DNA from: a virus
Strand: one strand, 5' to 3'
Virus record (IMG/VR): IMGVR_UViG_3300025828_000014
DNA: 64,000 bases
In this document: positions 47,809 to 56,455 of the stretch, one piece after another
How the letters are laid out: each line of letters begins with the position of its first letter
How positions within the stretch are numbered: position 1 is the first letter of the stretch
Made by a program: the position numbers and the translations under genes
Notes under the pieces: model-generated
What the model saw: only the letters and a program-made list of their open reading frames with translations
Told to the model about the DNA's origin: nothing
The model's database searches: none

Positions 47809-48570
47809 TTATGATAATTTTAAAGATTTTTTAAATTTTTCTATAGTAATGTGTCTTAAATTATCGTGTCCTTCTAAACTTTTTGGAGTAAAAAATCCTT
47901 CTTCAGGAACTACTCTTATATATCTAATTTTTGGATTTTTTTGAATTACACTTGCTGTTTGTCTTTCCCAATTTCCAAAATAAGTTGCTCTATCATTGAT
48001 GTTTTTATAGTTTTCGGTGCCAGCATACATATTGTTTACCAATTCATTTCTAATACCTATGCCTTGATAGTCAAAACCAAGAATGTATATTTCTTTGGGT
48101 TTTTGTTGACTTGCAAAGTTCAATGCAGTAGGTCCACTGCTCCAACCAAGATTAGGTTGAAATAGGTTTATATTTTGCACACTTCTACTATACTTGTTAG
48201 GATTTGTCCATACTGGATACTTGTGTTGATAACCGTTAGTTGATATTTCCCTAATCATTTTTGTATCAACTGCTACCAAATAATCAGGAATAAACTCTCT
48301 ATACAAAGCATTACAACCATAAATTGTGCCAAGCGGGCGTAGTTCTTCTAAAATTATGCCTTTTCTACTGGTTCCATTGCCTAATACAAAACAAGTGTCA
48401 TTTTGTTTTATTTGATCACTAGGACCTGGGCTTATAGGTGGCGGAGGAGGTTTAGGTAATTCTCTTACCCGTGCATGAAGTTTAGCTGCTTGATTTATAG
48501 CTGCTTTCTCTTCTTTTTTTCTTGCTTTTCTTTGAGCTTTAGTTTCGCCAGGAATATATACTTTGGGCAA
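47809..48570 (-). CDS. Maf/DUF115- or sialyltransferase-like glycosyltransferase with basic, Pro-rich N-terminus
   Basis: CFVLGNGTSR..IYGCNALYR..PDYLVAVD..SSGPTAL..IYILGFDY. Confidence 0.6.
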   Translation of the reverse strand: MPKVYIPGETKAQRKARKKEEKAAINQAAKLHARVRELPKPPPPPISPGPSDQIKQNDTCFVLGNGTSRKGIILEELRPLGTIYGCNALYREFIPDYLVAVDTKMIREISTNGYQHKYPVWTNPNKYSRSVQNINLFQPNLGWSSGPTALNFASQQKPKEIYILGFDYQGIGIRNELVNNMYAGTENYKNINDRATYFGNWERQTASVIQKNPKIRYIRVVPEEGFFTPKSLEGHDNLRHITIEKFKKSLKLS

Positions 48571-48580
48571 TAATTGACTC

Positions 48581-48832
48581 CTATGCTACTGCTTCTTCAC
48601 CACCTTGAGCAGCTAGTCCATACATTGCCCTAACATATAGTAAGTCTTTTTCAGCTTCTCTTTTATGAGCATCGTCTGCCCTACGTGCCCTGTTTATATC
48701 TTTTAGCGTGAGTCTAGTTTTTCTTGTATCATCCATTGAAATTGGTGTTTCATCGTCGTCGGCGATGTATCTCTGGTCCTCTTTGGGTTCCATAGTCTGT
48801 TTATCAAAATAATATAACTCACGTAGTATCAT
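48581..48832 (-). CDS. Small hypothetical prohead-associated protein
   Basis: Directly after portal; MILREL start; DTRKTRLTL..MYG. Confidence 0.6.
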   Translation of the reverse strand: MILRELYYFDKQTMEPKEDQRYIADDDETPISMDDTRKTRLTLKDINRARRADDAHKREAEKDLLYVRAMYGLAAQGGEEAVA

Positions 48833-48840
48833 AGTATTAT

Positions 48841-50550
48841 TTATGCCTCTGTTGCAGTATCGTCTGCTCCTACCGCAGTTTCGTCACCTCCAGCTGCAAT
48901 ATCGTCAGTTTCTACTTCATCTCCTGCTGTAGCTTCTAAATCATTATTGATGTCGCTTCCGGTGATACCTGCATCTCTTAATTGTGCTGCCGCATCAACA
49001 TCACCTGCATTAAAGTATTCGTCGTTTTCTTCACGCCACAGTCTTTCGTTTTCTGCAATTTCCTCTTTGCTCAATCCTAAGAAACGTCCAAGAGCAAATC
49101 TATTGGAAATAAACGGAATTTGTTGCATTTGTGCAAAAGTTGATATTCTGTTGTTATCAAGTTCAGCTTGTCTATAACTTGCAAAGTTTTGCGGAGGTTG
49201 CAGTTTTAGATCAAACATAGCAACATCGACATTGATACCTTTCTTATTGAGATACAGTTTGAATTCATTGTTAAAAACATCAGTAATCATGCTTTGCAAG
49301 CGTTCGCAATAATTGTTGAAACGCAATTCTTGAATATACGCTGTGCCCACTCTACCATCATTGTATTGGCTTGCACTGTCATCTGCGCCAGTTGGCAAGT
49401 AGCTCGAAGGAATACGCAAGCCACGTAGTAATTTGTTTGTAAAATACTTTAAATCGTCAATTTCTCCCAGATTTGTTCCGCCTGGTAGTGTTTCAACCTT
49501 ACTGCCGCGGCCTTCAGCAGTTTGAGGAAAGAAGTAGTCTTCGTTAATTGATAGCGGGTTGTAACTGCTGTCTATGACTGTTTGGCCACCGCCTGTCTTG
49601 GATGGGATTCTTCTTTGATGAATTTCCGTTTTTACACGCTCCACAAACTGCATAGCAAGGTGTGATGGCATGTTGCCCACATCAACGTAGAATACTCTGC
49701 GCTCAGGCGCACGTTGGACACGATAGATAATAATCGCATCTTCAAGCAGTTCTTTTTGCTTGTATACTTTGAAAATACTTTCTAGCAAACTGTTGCCAAA
49801 AGGAAAGTTTTGGTCTAATCCTTCGCTCATTGACAAGTGAACCACATGTTGTGCATCAACTGCTGTTTCATTTGCTTCGTTGCCAAATCTACTGTTGTTG
49901 CTGTCAGGTGTTCTTCCTGTCATATATTTTTGATCAAGTGTTTGATAGCCAGCGCCGCCGCCTGGGCCATATGCTTGATTTGTGTTGATTTTTGTTGCAC
50001 TCAGTGCTTCAAAGGCAATGTTAATGTCTTTGACAATATACTGTTCTGGACGTTTGCCTTGTGATTCGTTAACAATAATTTTAGTTACATTGGCTGGATC
50101 AACATGAAACCACTTTTGTGTTTCTGGATCTCTAATAAAGAACTGATCGCCAAACTTAAACACGTTTCTAATAATTTTAAAGATACGCTTTTCAAATTCT
50201 TGTATCTTGCACCACTGTTTAAGATACTGGCCAATTACTTGAACTTCAGTGTTGGTTGGTGCTTTGCTGAATACCAGTTTAAATGGAGTTTGATTTTCTT
50301 TGTTTTTCTGTGAACAAAACTCTGCAAGTATATCAAGAGCAGCATTTACTTCACTGTCGTTATCCATGGTGTTGTATTGACCATAGCGTTCAATACGGTT
50401 TGGTGAACCAACATAAACATCTGGTAAGTGAGAACTGTAGTTTGCTGCTGCTGGACCTACGCCTTGGCCTTTGTTAAAGCTAAAAGGCGAATAGCTACCG
50501 CCAACATTCATACTTGTGGCTACTGGAGTAAAGTGTTTCTTCCAACTCAT
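48841..50550 (-). CDS. gp20: Portal vertex protein
   Basis: LLEDAIIIYRVQRAPERRVFYVDVGNMP, EDYFFP..GRGSKVETLPGG.NLGEIDD. Confidence 0.97.
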   Translation of the reverse strand: MSWKKHFTPVATSMNVGGSYSPFSFNKGQGVGPAAANYSSHLPDVYVGSPNRIERYGQYNTMDNDSEVNAALDILAEFCSQKNKENQTPFKLVFSKAPTNTEVQVIGQYLKQWCKIQEFEKRIFKIIRNVFKFGDQFFIRDPETQKWFHVDPANVTKIIVNESQGKRPEQYIVKDINIAFEALSATKINTNQAYGPGGGAGYQTLDQKYMTGRTPDSNNSRFGNEANETAVDAQHVVHLSMSEGLDQNFPFGNSLLESIFKVYKQKELLEDAIIIYRVQRAPERRVFYVDVGNMPSHLAMQFVERVKTEIHQRRIPSKTGGGQTVIDSSYNPLSINEDYFFPQTAEGRGSKVETLPGGTNLGEIDDLKYFTNKLLRGLRIPSSYLPTGADDSASQYNDGRVGTAYIQELRFNNYCERLQSMITDVFNNEFKLYLNKKGINVDVAMFDLKLQPPQNFASYRQAELDNNRISTFAQMQQIPFISNRFALGRFLGLSKEEIAENERLWREENDEYFNAGDVDAAAQLRDAGITGSDINNDLEATAGDEVETDDIAAGGDETAVGADDTATEA

Positions 50551-53315
50551 ACTGTTAACGCTCCTTTCAAGAAGTCGTTGCTAATTCCGCGAACTCCGCG
50601 GTTGGTTTGATTTGTTGCTGCGAGTAATTGCATGGTAGTAGTATTTAACCGATTTATGGCAGCAACCACATCAGACTGACGAGTCATATTAGCTTCGCCT
50701 GCTGGTATAATCTGTTCTCCTCTATGCACAAACTGTAATCCATCTTTTTGTTCAAACGGATTTCCAGTTGCTCTTAATGTGCCAACTCTTTTGTTTGGTA
50801 ATGCTGCATTTAGTTGTCCTAATAGTTCTAACGCTTCATTAGAAATTGTTCCTTGTTGATTTTGTATTCTCAATTCATCCAATGCTCTGCTTAAATCGCC
50901 AACAGTTCTATTGTTACTCCACGAATTTTGGACGTTGCCAGCCCAGAACCCAGTGTCTAAGCCGCTTGCTGCGAATATCTTATTTACTAATTCTTGTCCA
51001 CCCACTTCATTAACATCTGTTAATCCGTATAATCCAAATTTAGCAAGATCGTCAAAATTTAATAGTCCATCTCCTTGAATGTCATTTAATATAGTTTCTG
51101 CTCCAGCACTATCGGGTGTACCAGTAACTGATGTTCTTTTACCTTCTCCGGTAACAGCTTTTACCGCAGCACTTACTGCTGTGCTAATTAATGTTGGTAT
51201 CTTTTCATTTATAATATCTAAAATTGAATTTGTCAAGTCTGTGACTAGTGAGGTTAATTTTTGTGTAAACGTTTCACCTGGAGACATACCAAGCCAGTCA
51301 CGCAGACTGGTTTCTACAGTATCCATTGCATTTGATATAGCATCTGACATTGCTTGTATTACAGTATTGTTCTTCATAAAATCACTAAAGGCAGTGCTTA
51401 CACTAGAAATTACACCTTGATCAGAAAAAATACTTGAAATTGCATCATTAATTTTTGTAATAAACCCTTGATCGCTTGTTAAGTCTGTGAATATTTTAGT
51501 TACTGCATTACTGATGTTTGTTATAAAACCTTGATCGCTTGTTAGGTTTGTAAAAATGTCAGTGACACTTTTTGTTACATCACTTATAAATGTTCCGTCT
51601 GCTGTTAGTTTTTCGTATACACCTTTAATACTATCACTGATACTAGTTAAAAAATTACTTGCACCGTCTCCGCTGAATGCATTTGCTATACCGTCTGTGA
51701 TTTTTTTAAGTATGCCGCCAGCTCGTTGTCCTCTGTTTGGACCTCCAGGTTCACTTTCAATAGGACCTAACAAATAGTCAGCAATAGCATTACCTGCTTC
51801 TGTGACTTTCATTTTCAAAAATTCTAAAGGTGTTCCGCCTTCTGCACTAAAGTTATTAAAATCATCTATAAATGCTTGTAACGGTTGAGTAATATTTTCA
51901 ACAAACCATGTATCAATTGTTGTTGTAAAATTTTTAATGCCTTCGCTTGCATTAGCAAAAGCACCGCTTTCACCTTGTTCGCCAAACAATTGTTTGAATG
52001 TCTCAGACAGGCTGTTGCCAATTCTTTTCAAAGATTCAAACGTTTCACTGTTCAAAAATTCCTCTAAGATAAATGATGACAATCTTGATATTGCATCTGA
52101 AAATCCTGCAAACAATTCTGTTAGTTTATTACGTTGTTCTTGTTCTTTTTCAGCTGCATCAGGATCAATGTTTGCCATTGCTCTAAAGGCAGGCATCGCA
52201 TCAAACAGTGCAGCCAAAGGACTACCTTGTGCTCTCAATGCTCTAATCTGTGCTGGATCCATTGCTGCAACAGTATTACCAATAAGAGGACCAAGTTGCT
52301 GCATGTTTCTTAGGAATTCAGTATTGCTCATACCTTCCATGTTTCTAATCAAGTTAACCATTTGTTGACCAGCAGCACTTTGACTCAAACCTATTTCTAA
52401 TTGGCTACCACGCAATCCACTTGCCATGTCCATGATGTCGCCAGTAAAGCCTGGTAAGAAACTTGCAAGACTTGCCATGTTGCGTTCCAGTTGTCCTGCA
52501 CCGTCAGCACTTGCTCTTGCTTGCAATGCCTGGAATGCTGCACTGTTTTGCAACTCGCTGGTTTGATTCAATAATTCTTGTCTGTTTTTGCCTGTTGCTT
52601 TTGCAAGCAAGTCAATTTCTTTTAGATAGTTTGCACTGCCTTCAATTAACTCTGCATTGCTCATGCGTTGCAATAATCCTTGGCGTTGCATGTTGTTTGA
52701 ATAAGACAGAAAGCCTTCGTTGATATCTTGAGCAGTAAATCCTAATTGTAAAAGTCTTTGACCAAGATCACTTTGACGGATACCTTTTGATATTTCTGAG
52801 AAACGTTTTGCACCGTCTGTGACTGTGCCGCCTAGCATCCTTAACACTTCACTGTTGCCAGATATAGTTTCGTAAAACTGTGTCATAGCCATGCCACTGG
52901 TTGCAGCAACTTTGTTCATTTCAAAAATACTGTTGCTGAATCCTGCACCAACTTGGCTTAGTTCTCTAAATTGATGTGTGCTTTGGTCAGCATATTCAAC
53001 TAGTCTTTGTAGTGCGCTGTTGCTGCCTAAAATGTATTTGCTAAAGTCGCTTACACCACTAACACCGTGTTGCAAAACATTGGCATACTTGTTTAAACCT
53101 TTTCCAGCTAGGTCAGCTGCTTTACCAAGTAGTCCAAGTTCTTTTGTGCCTTTTGCTACAGAATCATTGTGTGCTTTGCGTAGTCTAGCTTCAGCTTGAG
53201 CCGCAGCATTGGTGCCTCTTTGCATTGATCTTGTTAATTCAACAAGTCTCATAAGAGTTGCTTCACTGGCTACACCATCTGGTCCACCTACATTACGAAT
53301 ATCTGTATCAGTCAC
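50547..53315 (-). CDS. Tape-measure-like protein (gp29 equivalent)
   Basis: Long helical Ala/Gly/Gln-rich protein with amphipathic repeats and VHRGEQIIP near the C-terminus; divergent from gp26. Confidence 0.7.
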   Translation of the reverse strand: MTDTDIRNVGGPDGVASEATLMRLVELTRSMQRGTNAAAQAEARLRKAHNDSVAKGTKELGLLGKAADLAGKGLNKYANVLQHGVSGVSDFSKYILGSNSALQRLVEYADQSTHQFRELSQVGAGFSNSIFEMNKVAATSGMAMTQFYETISGNSEVLRMLGGTVTDGAKRFSEISKGIRQSDLGQRLLQLGFTAQDINEGFLSYSNNMQRQGLLQRMSNAELIEGSANYLKEIDLLAKATGKNRQELLNQTSELQNSAAFQALQARASADGAGQLERNMASLASFLPGFTGDIMDMASGLRGSQLEIGLSQSAAGQQMVNLIRNMEGMSNTEFLRNMQQLGPLIGNTVAAMDPAQIRALRAQGSPLAALFDAMPAFRAMANIDPDAAEKEQEQRNKLTELFAGFSDAISRLSSFILEEFLNSETFESLKRIGNSLSETFKQLFGEQGESGAFANASEGIKNFTTTIDTWFVENITQPLQAFIDDFNNFSAEGGTPLEFLKMKVTEAGNAIADYLLGPIESEPGGPNRGQRAGGILKKITDGIANAFSGDGASNFLTSISDSIKGVYEKLTADGTFISDVTKSVTDIFTNLTSDQGFITNISNAVTKIFTDLTSDQGFITKINDAISSIFSDQGVISSVSTAFSDFMKNNTVIQAMSDAISNAMDTVETSLRDWLGMSPGETFTQKLTSLVTDLTNSILDIINEKIPTLISTAVSAAVKAVTGEGKRTSVTGTPDSAGAETILNDIQGDGLLNFDDLAKFGLYGLTDVNEVGGQELVNKIFAASGLDTGFWAGNVQNSWSNNRTVGDLSRALDELRIQNQQGTISNEALELLGQLNAALPNKRVGTLRATGNPFEQKDGLQFVHRGEQIIPAGEANMTRQSDVVAAINRLNTTTMQLLAATNQTNRGVRGISNDFLKGALTV
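51415..51610 (-). repeat. 21-aa (63-bp) tandem repeats in tape-measure-like protein
   Basis: IFTNLTSDQGFITNISNAVTK / IFTDLTSDQGFITKINDAISS / IFSDQG. Confidence 0.8.
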
Positions 53316-53390
53316 TTTTGATTCCTAAATTAACTACGCACTTAATTAAATATGGTATATACTGTATAAGTTATTTATCCGGAGAAAAAT

Positions 53391-54245
53391 ATGAGCGAAA
53401 TAACAGCAAATCCGCTGATGAAACATTTTCGTCAGCCCAAATTGTTTATCGATTTACCTAGTAAAGGGTTGTTCTATGCACCTGGATCGCTAGAAAAAAC
53501 AGAAAACAATCAATATGCAGTTTATCCTATGACGGCAAAAGACGAAATCATGATCAAAACGCCTGATGCATTGCTCAACGGACAAAGCACAGTCAATGTG
53601 ATTCAAAACTGTGTGCCTGCTATCAAGAACGCATGGATGGTGCCAAGTATTGATCTTGATGCACTGCTTACAGCAATTCGTATTGCAACTTATGGTGAAA
53701 TGTTAACTATGGATATAACTATTCCAGGCACAGCAGAAGAGCGTAGCTTTGAAACAAACTTAGTTGAATTACTAGACGAACTTAACAGTCAAACTTATGA
53801 TCCAATCTTTGAACACAACGAGTTTAAAGTAGAAACACAACCAATGAACTATAGACAGTTTACAGATGTTGCACTCAAAACATTCGAAGAACAGCGTATT
53901 CTTCGTATTGTTGATGACGAAAAATTGAGTGAAGTAGAAAAACTATCTCAGTTTAATGAAACATTCTCAAGACTCACAGAAATGAATCTAACAAGTGTGT
54001 ATTCAAGTGTTGTAAGCATCACAGTAGGTGATCAAACTGTAACTGATAAAAATCACATCATGGAGTTTTTACAGAACGCACCTGTTGAATTTTACAAGTC
54101 ACTGCTTGACCATGTTGATAATCAACGCAAAAAATTTGCTGTAAAACCAAGAAAAATTGTCACAACAGAAGAGGATAGAGCAACTGGCGCTCCTGAAACA
54201 TTTGAAGTGCCTATTAACTTTGACGCTTCAAATTTTTTCGCATAA
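53391..54245 (+). CDS. gp26: Baseplate hub assembly protein gp26-like
   Basis: NPL..FRQPKLFIDLPSKG..PMTAKDE..IRIATYG..C-terminal NFF. Confidence 0.85.
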   Translation: MSEITANPLMKHFRQPKLFIDLPSKGLFYAPGSLEKTENNQYAVYPMTAKDEIMIKTPDALLNGQSTVNVIQNCVPAIKNAWMVPSIDLDALLTAIRIATYGEMLTMDITIPGTAEERSFETNLVELLDELNSQTYDPIFEHNEFKVETQPMNYRQFTDVALKTFEEQRILRIVDDEKLSEVEKLSQFNETFSRLTEMNLTSVYSSVVSITVGDQTVTDKNHIMEFLQNAPVEFYKSLLDHVDNQRKKFAVKPRKIVTTEEDRATGAPETFEVPINFDASNFFA

Positions 54246-54250
54246 GGATC

Positions 54251-54469
54251 TTGGCTCTCCCCGTGGAGAAAATATTACAAGAGGTCAAGGTCCAAGAAGA
54301 AGAAATTAAACAACTCCGCTACGATTTAGCCAAAATGGTTTGGCACATGCGTGGTGGTTTGAGTTATGATGATGCTTTTATGCTGTCTCCAGAGGACAGA
54401 GAAGTTATAGCTAAACTTGCCGAAGATAATTTAGAAGTTGCTAAGAAAACACAACAGCCGTTTTTTTAA
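54251..54469 (+). CDS. gp51-like hub chaperone, possibly made as a -1 frameshift extension of gp26
   Basis: WHMRGGLSYDDAFMLSPEDRE motif; TTG start with no well-spaced SD. Confidence 0.7.
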   Translation: MALPVEKILQEVKVQEEEIKQLRYDLAKMVWHMRGGLSYDDAFMLSPEDREVIAKLAEDNLEVAKKTQQPFF

Positions 54470-55143
54470 TCTTTAGTTACAGTGTAACCTGCTTTTTTCA
54501 AAAGTGCAATTGCTTTTTGTGTTGCATCACCTGGTGCACCCTGAGCAGACTTAAATGTTGCAGGTGGTTCGTCACCAGCAAATTTACCTTTTGAATATCC
54601 TGCTTTGCTAGTAAAGCCTTTTCTTACAACTTGGTCAATAACACTTTTGATTTGTCCGCCGCTTAATACATCGCCTGCTGCTGCTTCATCGTATTGACTT
54701 GCTGCTAGTCTTGCAATCTTCTGTTGATCAGCTGGCATCTTGTTAATGCTTGCTGCACTTCCTTGATTGCCTAAACCAGCTGCGGCTGCTGCTTGACCAG
54801 CTGCTGTCTTTTGTGCTGCTGCTTGGGCTGCTGCTTTTTTATCCTGTGCAGCAGCTTTTGCTCTCATCTTGCTGCCTTTGCTTGGTAGTGCTTTAATAAT
54901 AGCTGCTGCTTCTGCTCCGTAACCTTTTTGCTTCAAGTAATTTAACAGTGTGCCAGCAGTTGCAGGCTGCTTGCTTGTTTTAAGAAATGCGTTAAACTCA
55001 ATACGCAATTGATTTACTTCGTCTTTTATACTTTGTTTGCCAGCTTTATTTGCTGCACGTTGTTGACGAGCAAGTTTTCCAAACGGATTTAATCCAATTT
55101 CATCTAATTCATTTTGTTCTGCAATAACTTGAAATACTTTCAT
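54466..55143 (-). CDS. Hypothetical Ala/Lys-rich protein, probable internal head protein
   Basis: MKVFQVIAE..LDE capsid-targeting/cleavage-like N-terminus; late promoter at 55165-55170. Confidence 0.55.
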   Translation of the reverse strand: MKVFQVIAEQNELDEIGLNPFGKLARQQRAANKAGKQSIKDEVNQLRIEFNAFLKTSKQPATAGTLLNYLKQKGYGAEAAAIIKALPSKGSKMRAKAAAQDKKAAAQAAAQKTAAGQAAAAAGLGNQGSAASINKMPADQQKIARLAASQYDEAAAGDVLSGGQIKSVIDQVVRKGFTSKAGYSKGKFAGDEPPATFKSAQGAPGDATQKAIALLKKAGYTVTKD

Positions 55144-55163
55144 GAGAGTTTCCTTAATATAAA

Positions 55164-55649
55164 TTATTTATCTTCTGCATATATTTGTTTTAACTTTTCA
55201 TCAGCAAACACTTCTTTGCCACCTCTATCCTTGAAACCTAATCCAAGAATAATTTTATCACGTATTTCACAGGTGCTGCTCCAACTCAATGTGTTTGCTG
55301 CTTGAATAACTTTACCTGTTATCACAGCATTACCTAAAGTTGACTCTAACAGCAAAACAATTCGTGGCAATCTACTAGTGTCACTAGTAACTCTACCAAC
55401 TGGCAATGTCCAACTTTCTTTGTATATATTTTTTATCTCTTTTTTACGAGTGATAGTTTCATATTCATATCCTTTAAGCATATCAAGGAGTATGTTTAAA
55501 TCTTTTTCATCAATATGAAACACGCCATCTTCTTCATCACTTGCCCAATTGCGTTCACACTTACCACACTGTCCACTATTAGGTGTTCTCCAACACATTT
55601 GTGGAGTATTTGCTTTTTTTACAATATTTCTTACTAATTCTGTTGCCAT
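55164..55649 (-). CDS. Hypothetical protein (start MATELV at 55649)
   Basis: TAAATA 4 nt before ATG; ORF-track extension to 55703 lies in the hairpin region. Confidence 0.6.
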   Translation of the reverse strand: MATELVRNIVKKANTPQMCWRTPNSGQCGKCERNWASDEEDGVFHIDEKDLNILLDMLKGYEYETITRKKEIKNIYKESWTLPVGRVTSDTSRLPRIVLLLESTLGNAVITGKVIQAANTLSWSSTCEIRDKIILGLGFKDRGGKEVFADEKLKQIYAEDK

Positions 55650-55664
55650 ATTATATTTACTACT

Positions 55665-56035
55665 ATTAAGATGAACTACGTTCATCTGTGTTTTCGTTGT
55701 CACTCAACACATATTTGTTTATCTTAAGTGCGAAGCACTGTAGTTTCATACAGATTAATTGGTCAGACGGAACCTACTAGCGGTTCCATCTTCTCAAAGC
55801 TTCATACGAGTAGCATGGCCGAGATCGGAAGTAGGTATTTGACTATGCTACTGGGCTCTGACCTTTCCCAACCTACGTCGACATCACGCAAAATGCGCTA
55901 TCCCCCGCTTCGTTCCTAGTGCTAAGGGGTTTTCGTAGCATACAGCCTGTTGGACTTCACCAGTATCTGATCACGTGGTTACGTGAAGCTCAAGGTGGAT
56001 CGAACAATTCCGATCAAACAGTGTCCTGATGTGCC
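55665..56035 (-). ncRNA. Unidentified large structured non-coding element (probable RNA)
   Basis: About 50% GC in the core (55801-55980) within AT-rich surroundings; more than 10 helices, several crossing; mismatches read as G-U on the minus strand. Confidence 0.7.
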
Positions 56036-56448
56036 TTTAAATTTTCTCTAAGTATTTTTGAACCACCAACTCGAACGTTTATAATACCATTGTAGTATTC
56101 ATCTGTTTCTAAAACTCTACGTTCAAATTGTTCTCGTGCCTCTAAGTATGACATTTCGCCTCTAGATTTACAAAAGTAAAGTATTTCTCTAGTGAATTTG
56201 TTTTCGCCTAATTTTTCTACGTCTGCTATTAGTTTATCTGATGATCCCCAATAGTCTCGCCAATCTGATTCTTTGTGACCTCTGCGTTTGTTCTTTTTGC
56301 CTTTTAGAGGTGGCTTGGTTGTTTTAAATTTAGCTAGTTTTTTGCCTACATATTTGCGATTGTCTGTTAAATTGGTTATAAGGTAAACGAATCCTTCATA
56401 TTCATCCGATATTTCGGTTATTTCTTTACCTTTGTAAGTCCAATTCAT
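56014..56448 (-). CDS. Stand-alone GIY-YIG endonuclease (DenA/Seg-like)
   Basis: GFVYLITN....KYVGKK..YWGSS..F.REIL..E..YYN. Confidence 0.9.
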   Translation of the reverse strand: MNWTYKGKEITEISDEYEGFVYLITNLTDNRKYVGKKLAKFKTTKPPLKGKKNKRRGHKESDWRDYWGSSDKLIADVEKLGENKFTREILYFCKSRGEMSYLEAREQFERRVLETDEYYNGIINVRVGGSKILRENLKAHQDTV

Positions 56449-56455
56449 ATAATAG

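Noticed and set aside
55728-55919. 63-aa plus-strand ORF, and the GTG extension of the 55164 ORF to 55703
   Set aside because: They lie within the structured element with no SD; the real start is better placed at 55649 behind a late promoter
55665-56448. Group I intron with homing endonuclease
   Set aside because: No interrupted host gene (flanking ORFs are complete and unrelated) and no convincing P7 GACUA/UAGUC pair or R/S elements in the right order
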